A model generated the notes under the pieces. That model had not been told where the DNA came from and ran no database searches. It saw only the letters and a list, made by a program, of their open reading frames with translations. DNA of 63,201 nucleotides, filler included, from Stramenopiles sp. TOSAG23-2 (Eukaryota), in NCBI GenBank assembly GCA_900128395.1. It is 18 parts of 18 records of this genome, joined end to end, with 100 filler letters (N's around TTAATTAATTAA, not from the genome) between each part and the next. Parts side by side here need not be neighbours in the genome. Positions count along the whole stretch, not along the records: positions 56,316 to 59,711 come from LT651225.1; positions 59,812 to 63,201 come from LT651226.1; 16 more parts are not named here. One strand, 5' to 3'. A program made the translations under genes and the position numbers. Shown one piece after another: positions 57,128 through 63,201 of the stretch (position 1 is its first letter; each line of letters begins with the position of its first letter).

Positions 57128-59204
57128 TAGGAATATTAAAACTCTTGATGAGGTATTAAATTCATTAGGCGAAACATACTTTCAATTTGCTACAAATGCA
57201 ATTAAAGTAGCTGTAAATAATTGTTATTGGGGGCAAGATCTTGCATGTGGTTTTAGTGGCAAAGTATTTGCTAAATTAATTTGGAGATTTCCAATTTTAG
57301 GTGGATATGTAGTAGATAGTTTTCCAACACAACATGTAAATCATTTATTAAAATTATATAAAAGTTCAACATATACACATTATTATAAAAAAAAAGAAAC
57401 TATAATGATGAGGGAAGAAGAGGAGAAACGAAAAAATAAAGCAACAAATAATAATGACAGCATATTAGTTGATGTTATGGCTGGAAAAAAAAGATATGCA
57501 CCATCACTACTTCCTCCTCCTCCTTCGCCCATGAAAAAATTTATTCTTGATTGTCCTGATTTATTTTCATGGACATCAAGCTTCAGATATGCACCATTAA
57601 CGAAAATTATATTTGATCAAGCAAAAGAGTATTCTATTCGCAACAATAGGGAAGAGATATGGAATTACAAATTAAAAATGGATGTTGTTTTTTCTTTTTC
57701 GTTTTGTACTACATTTATTCGACATGTGAAAATGGTGTTTGATTATCGTCGCAATAGCCATAAATACAAAGACACTGTTATAGTTTGGAATCAATTGCCT
57801 TTGTATACTTTTCTTGCAGATCATATATGTGTGTTACTACGAGATTATCTAAGATATCTGAAAAAAAAAGTGCATAGAGATAAGCAAGTTGAACAGGAAG
57901 TTACTAGACGTAGTAATAGCATCGGCTCTCAAAATGATTCAAATAATAATAATAATAATTCCAACAATATATTAAATTCAAGTGCATTGTTTGAAAGATT
58001 GAAAGAATTGGAAGATGCTGAATATTATTCAAATCTTGCGGAGTCAGATAAAAAAACTGGAAATAGGAAACGCAGAGGAGATCCGGTATCATTACCACCA
58101 CATGGCAATGACAAGAATGACAACAGCACTACTAGTAATAATAATGTTTTTAATAAGAATAAAGCCAGTCAATTTCAAAAAAATGTCGTTTCACCAAGAT
58201 CATCACCGGTATGCCCTCCACCTATAATATATGATCAAAAATTTGTAAAGATGTTAACTGATGTATGTGTAGTTTTTGCTGAAAATGATCCAGATGTCGG
58301 TGTTACGATTGTGACTATATTATTGAATTATTTTGATTATACTGACTATGCATCCTTAGAATTTTATTGTGATACGTTAGTTAAAATATTACAATGTATA
58401 AATAATAAAACAGTTGGAAAAATTATGAATTCAAAACTCTTTCATAACTTTGTTAGTACATTAATCCATGCTAGAAGCATAAGTGTAGCTTGTCATGGAG
58501 TCGCCATTGTGTTTCAAACTCGCATGAAATTGGAATATCACGATCGATTAAAATTTACACGTTGGTATTTAAATGAGCATTTTTACTATTTGTTTTTGCA
58601 TTGGAGTTCTTTAGTCCGTCAATTTTTTTACCATTATCTATTCCATGGTATATTCACAGTGCAAAGAAAGTTTTTAACAATTACTACTGATGAGTTTATA
58701 TTGAATAATGAGCATTTAAACTTTTTTAAACAACGAAAATTGAGAAAAAGCATGCAAAACAACACACCGTTGAATCATAGCTCATCAATGGACGGGGGAA
58801 AATTAACTATTTCAGTTGAGAAAATTGAATTTTTACAGAGTAAAGCCCCATATGATTTATCCATATGCAGTTTAGTGGACACTTTTATGCATGTGGTATT
58901 ATCAGCCCATTACAATATTTTACTAATGGAAGATAGTAATGATTTAAAGTATAGCCAGGATGCACGATTTAGAAAGAATAAAAATGACGGTAGCAAAAAA
59001 TCCGAGGGAGTTATCGGAGTAGATGTAACTGCCTTTTTAACCAAAAATCAAATGAATTATGTGAAACCGGGATTAAGCGAATACGAAATAACATTGAAAA
59101 ACTCCTATGCACATGAAAAAAGACATGCTCAGAAAAATACCTATCAAGCACCAATTCCATTGCCATTAAGAATACAAAATATTAGGGGTTTACTTCATCA
59201 TTAA
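56538..59204 (+). CDS. Large alpha-helical protein, DUF1765-like C-terminal region
   Basis: FYYLFLHWSSLVRQFFYHYL resembles the F.HW...VR..F motif I recall for this family; poly-N inserts; start could also be 56424 or 56469. Confidence 0.55.
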
Positions 59205-59309
59205 AAAACTAAAAAGTGTGTGTACATGTATGATATCATATCTTCCTTACAAATAATGTGTAAGAGTAGTATGGCACATTTTTAGGATACATATATCATA
59301 TAAAAAAAT

Positions 59310-59460
59310 ATGGCACACTCTGTAGATTACGATGAACTCAATCGCAATGTTACGATTCATTGTCCATCTTTCAATTTAGTGAGATAGATATATCATTGCC
59401 TCAGTTATTGTATTCTTTATGGAGAGTAGGAATTATCATATCTAAATATGAGTAAATTAT
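59310..59460 (+). repeat. Dispersed repeat family A copy
   Basis: ATCGCAATGTTACGATTCATTGTCCATCTTTCA is identical to the minus strand at ~17742-17774; ends GGAGAGTAGGAATTATCAT. Confidence 0.88.
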
Positions 59461-60032
59461 ATAAAAAAATAAATTTATAAATGCATCATTTAAATATTCG
59501 TTCGTCGAACAACTTATTGGTATTGTCAGTTGTATCTTGACGCATCACAATAAGTAGTAGTAGTAATAATAGTAGTAGCACGCACAAAGCAAAATGGAAA
59601 AAAAAGAAAAAGTAGCAATAGCAGCCCTGTTGGTATGATAGTAGCAGCTCCAGTGCGATTGAGTATTGAGCATATTACTTAACACGAGAAGTGTAAAATT
59701 ATTATAACTTCNNNNNNNNNNNNNNNNNNNNNNNNNNNNNNNNNNNNNNNNNNNNTTAATTAATTAANNNNNNNNNNNNNNNNNNNNNNNNNNNNNNNNN
59801 NNNNNNNNNNNGGAGCAAATATATTTTTTGGTAGACTTCTTTGCTAACTGCTGGTCTACTGTTTATTGAGCAACTTGGTTGGCTTATTCGTGGGGGTTTT
59901 TTCTAGTGGATTGGTTAGTAATTGCATTCACGAACTAGTTGCCACGATTATTGATTAGGATAATAGTTACACAAGGCTCTCATTGACTACTAAAGGAACG
60001 TTTTTAACGGCTGGCAAACGGTGACAAACGTT

Positions 60033-63000
60033 ATGAACCGCCAAACGCTTGCTGTTGTTTGCTGTTGTTTTTTGCTGACTGTTTATGTGCGTGCGGTGGA
60101 GTGGGATTGTGCTTCCACTTCCAATACTGGGACGTTTACTCGTTCATCAGACTGTACCATATCCGGTAATAATCATGTTGACGTCACAAATACGTTAGAA
60201 ATTAATGGTACAAACACGGATATGAATAATTTAATTACAATAACAGCTGCAACAAATAACCGTCACTTTTATATCAATGGTGATAATGCTAAGTTGATTT
60301 TACGTTATATCAAGTTAGTGGATGGGGATGTTAGTAGTTACAATGACTGGCCTGATAATGCTGGTGGGTCGATATTATACCATAAGGGTGGCTTAAATAT
60401 ATACTCATCTACTTTTGATGGCAATCAAGCAGATTATGCTGGTGCAGTATATATCCGCTACGGTTCAGATGCAATAATAAGACGTACAAACTTTATTTCA
60501 AATACAGCTTACGACGGCGGTGCTATCTATATAGCAAAGGATAGTAGTGATGTTGTTTTACATCAAACGTCTTTCATTTCAAATTCAGCATCAAATAATG
60601 GTAATGCAATATGTACATATGTATCACCAACAATATCAATAGTAAATACATATTTCGATGATAATAATAAGTATATATATAGCAGTGGTACAACAACATG
60701 GAAAACATGTTCAGACAATTTATGCACTGAGTCACCATTTACAGGTACATGTTCTGCTGTTAATAATACCAATAGTAAATTAGGCGTATTATGTGATTAT
60801 AAATGTGCAACAGGATTTAGTCCAATTGGTTCTGTATCGGTTGCAACATCTGCGCCAGAATCTACGTTTCAATGCCAATGGGGTTGGGGTTGCTCTGCAA
60901 CATCCAATATGGGAATATTTACTTGTTCCACCAATTGTACCATATCAGGAAGCAACCACGTCGATGTTACGAATACGTTAGAAATTAATGGTACAAATAC
61001 AGATATGAATAATTTAATTACAATCACTGCTGCAACAAGTCAACGTCATTTTTATTTAAATAATGCAAATGCTAAATTAACATTACGTTATTTAAAATTA
61101 GTTGGTGGTAGTGCCGATTCTGGTGGATCAATATATGTTAAGTATGGTAGTTTGGACATATTTTATTCAATTTTATCAAATAACATCGCCGATTGGGGTG
61201 GTGGAGTGTCTGGTGAATCTCCCACCGAGATCATTTTCTTTAATTCTTCAATTGCAAATAACGTAGGGACCAAAGATGGCGGGGGTATCCACCTTTCAGG
61301 AGGTGGTCATATGAAAATTGTCGACACCACTGTAGCTAATAATACGGCAGATATTGGTGGTGGACTAAGTATAAAAATCCACCAAACAATTCCAACTAAC
61401 GTAACTATGAGACAGTGCAAAATTAAATATAACCGTGCAACTAGTGGAGGTGGAGTTTACTACCACAAGGCACAAACTGGTCCATGTGATGGTAACAGTA
61501 AGGGAGATGGATGGTATGCTGAAATTGGTACAGTCTTGCAGGTTACTTGGCCAGGCGGAGATACAGAATATGTATGTAAAGTAGATACTAACTGCGATTC
61601 TAAAGCGAATGCAGCTGTGTGCGAAGTTGCTTTTGATTATAGAGATGGAGCAACCAGTTGTGAGCGGGTTTCTGATGATGGCATTTCTAACCTCATTGTA
61701 GCTGATAATCAAGATCCTAAAACATGTGCTGATGAACTTGTGCCGTCTGAAGATTATGTTGCTATTCGTGAAACTTCATTCATATCAAATATCGCAACAA
61801 ATAATGCCGGGCATGATATACATGACGATTATGGTTTTGGCTCCCTTATGTTGGCAAATGTATTTTTTCTCAATACAACGAAAGGAAACAATGTTTATGG
61901 TGATGCTGCTTATATTTCCGGGTGCACAGACAATCCATGCACACAATCACCTTTTACAGGCAGCTGCGAACCAGTTTCCTCTTCAAATGCTAAGCTGGGT
62001 GTCAAATGCTATTGTAAAAGTGGAAACTATATTACCTCCCTAGGAGCTGATGCAGCTTGTAACCCATGGCAAACCTGCAAGTCAGGGCAATATCGCACAA
62101 ATGGTACCGGTTCAATCGATGCCACATGTAACACCTGTCCCACTGGAAGATACCAACCAAGTGACACTTACACAGGGGAAACTTGCTTGCCATGGAGGAT
62201 TTGCGATCTTGCAGAAACTCGAGTGAATGGGTCCAATATTTCCGATGCATCTTGCCTTCTCAATCCATTTGAAGGCGTTCAATTTCAACGCTATTCTGAT
62301 GGTTCTGATGAAGCAACAGCGGGTAACCAACCCTTAGCCTACCCAATGTTTAACGCGTATGTGCTCGACTGGAGTGCAGTTCAAGAGGGTGTGTATGACA
62401 GTGGGAAGGTATTTTCAACCTGCTCTATTTGTAATAACAAATCGCTAGATGTCGCAATTTCCGGTATTCGATATGTACGTTCGCTGCAAAAACAATTTAT
62501 TCCAATATCCATAACCTCTGGCGAGTATATTCGCTACGCCAGCATTCTCAGTAATTTTGCGATGCGTGAAGCACCGGGGTCGATTATTGTTACTATTGAA
62601 GGACTTCGATCAGGGAGATATAAACTTATATTATTCCATCATGGAGCGCAAATAAATCATGGTATGAATATTTATGTGTCTGATTATAATAATACATGGT
62701 CAAGACGACAAGTGGCGACAGATTTTATCGGCTCTTATGGTGCTACTGCGGACAATAGTTTGTTTTCTACATTGGTGATAGTGAATGGCTCGCATCCTGT
62801 AAGCCTTGTTCTTGAAGTAGAAATGGTAGATAAAGCTGGTAGCGCTGTATCATGGGCCAATTATCTTGTGTTTAATGGGTTTCAGTTGGTTGAAATCGAA
62901 AGATTCATAACTACAAGCCCAATAGAGATTACCACCACAACTACCAGTCTCCCAATAGAAACGACCACCACAACAACTGTCAGTCCCCCAATAGAAACGA

Positions 63001-63201
63001 CCACCACAACAACTACCAGTCGCCCAATAGAAACGACCACCACAATAACTGCCAGTCGCCCAATAGAAACGACCACCACCAGGGTTAGCTCAACAGAGAC
63101 AACCACATTGATGTCCACCATGGCAATTGATACTAGCCCTGTGATGACTACTACACCAGTGTTAGCCACCACTACCATATTCCCACCGTTGCTCAATACA
63201 A
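60033..63201 (+). CDS. Large secreted/surface protein (>1050 aa, runs off the window): duplicated Pmp-like beta-helix modules, Cys-rich repeats, Thr-rich stalk
   Basis: Signal peptide MNRQTLAVVCCCFLLTVYVRA; GGAI/FxxN motifs; the frame is the same at the PIETTTTTT repeats (62919-63080). Probably absent from the ORF track because no stop is reached. Confidence 0.8.
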   Translation, partial: MNRQTLAVVCCCFLLTVYVRAVEWDCASTSNTGTFTRSSDCTISGNNHVDVTNTLEINGTNTDMNNLITITAATNNRHFYINGDNAKLILRYIKLVDGDVSSYNDWPDNAGGSILYHKGGLNIYSSTFDGNQADYAGAVYIRYGSDAIIRRTNFISNTAYDGGAIYIAKDSSDVVLHQTSFISNSASNNGNAICTYVSPTISIVNTYFDDNNKYIYSSGTTTWKTCSDNLCTESPFTGTCSAVNNTNSKLGVLCDYKCATGFSPIGSVSVATSAPESTFQCQWGWGCSATSNMGIFTCSTNCTISGSNHVDVTNTLEINGTNTDMNNLITITAATSQRHFYLNNANAKLTLRYLKLVGGSADSGGSIYVKYGSLDIFYSILSNNIADWGGGVSGESPTEIIFFNSSIANNVGTKDGGGIHLSGGGHMKIVDTTVANNTADIGGGLSIKIHQTIPTNVTMRQCKIKYNRATSGGGVYYHKAQTGPCDGNSKGDGWYAEIGTVLQVTWPGGDTEYVCKVDTNCDSKANAAVCEVAFDYRDGATSCERVSDDGISNLIVADNQDPKTCADELVPSEDYVAIRETSFISNIATNNAGHDIHDDYGFGSLMLANVFFLNTTKGNNVYGDAAYISGCTDNPCTQSPFTGSCEPVSSSNAKLGVKCYCKSGNYITSLGADAACNPWQTCKSGQYRTNGTGSIDATCNTCPTGRYQPSDTYTGETCLPWRICDLAETRVNGSNISDASCLLNPFEGVQFQRYSDGSDEATAGNQPLAYPMFNAYVLDWSAVQEGVYDSGKVFSTCSICNNKSLDVAISGIRYVRSLQKQFIPISITSGEYIRYASILSNFAMREAPGSIIVTIEGLRSGRYKLILFHHGAQINHGMNIYVSDYNNTWSRRQVATDFIGSYGATADNSLFSTLVIVNGSHPVSLVLEVEMVDKAGSAVSWANYLVFNGFQLVEIERFITTSPIEITTTTTSLPIETTTTTTVSPPIETTTTTTTSRPIETTTTITASRPIETTTTRVSSTETTTLMSTMAIDTSPVMTTTPVLATTTIFPPLLNT

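Overview
This is not a contiguous locus. It is about 18 unrelated eukaryotic contigs of ~3.4 kb, sorted by decreasing length and joined by 100-nt N44-TTAATTAATTAA-N44 spacers, which is typical of a fragmented single-cell or metagenome assembly. The host looks like an AT-rich, intron-poor, flagellated protist, probably a stramenopile (inference). Recognisable genes: CFAP206, RABL3, dynamitin, an S6K-like kinase, an arylsulfatase, TPI with a mitochondrial-type presequence next to GAPDH, an MPDU1-like PQ-loop protein, UROS and two cyclophilins. Main findings: (1) two homologous 81-82 nt spliceosomal introns at different sites of the MPDU1-like gene, a candidate introner family; (2) a circovirus-like CRESS-DNA virus Rep helicase fragment that is not in the ORF track; (3) a compact dsDNA-virus-like gene cluster with a repeated promoter motif; (4) an apparently split version of the stramenopile mitochondrial TPI-GAPDH fusion, with (TAACCC)3 in the spacer; (5) a cytochrome b5-fatty acid hydroxylase-pseudo-sphingomyelin/IPC synthase fusion; (6) a bacterial-type esterase that carries an intron and a C-terminal SKL; (7) a dispersed repeat family in gene 3' flanks and a palindrome-rich TIR element. 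All family assignments come from motifs recognised by eye; no searches were run.
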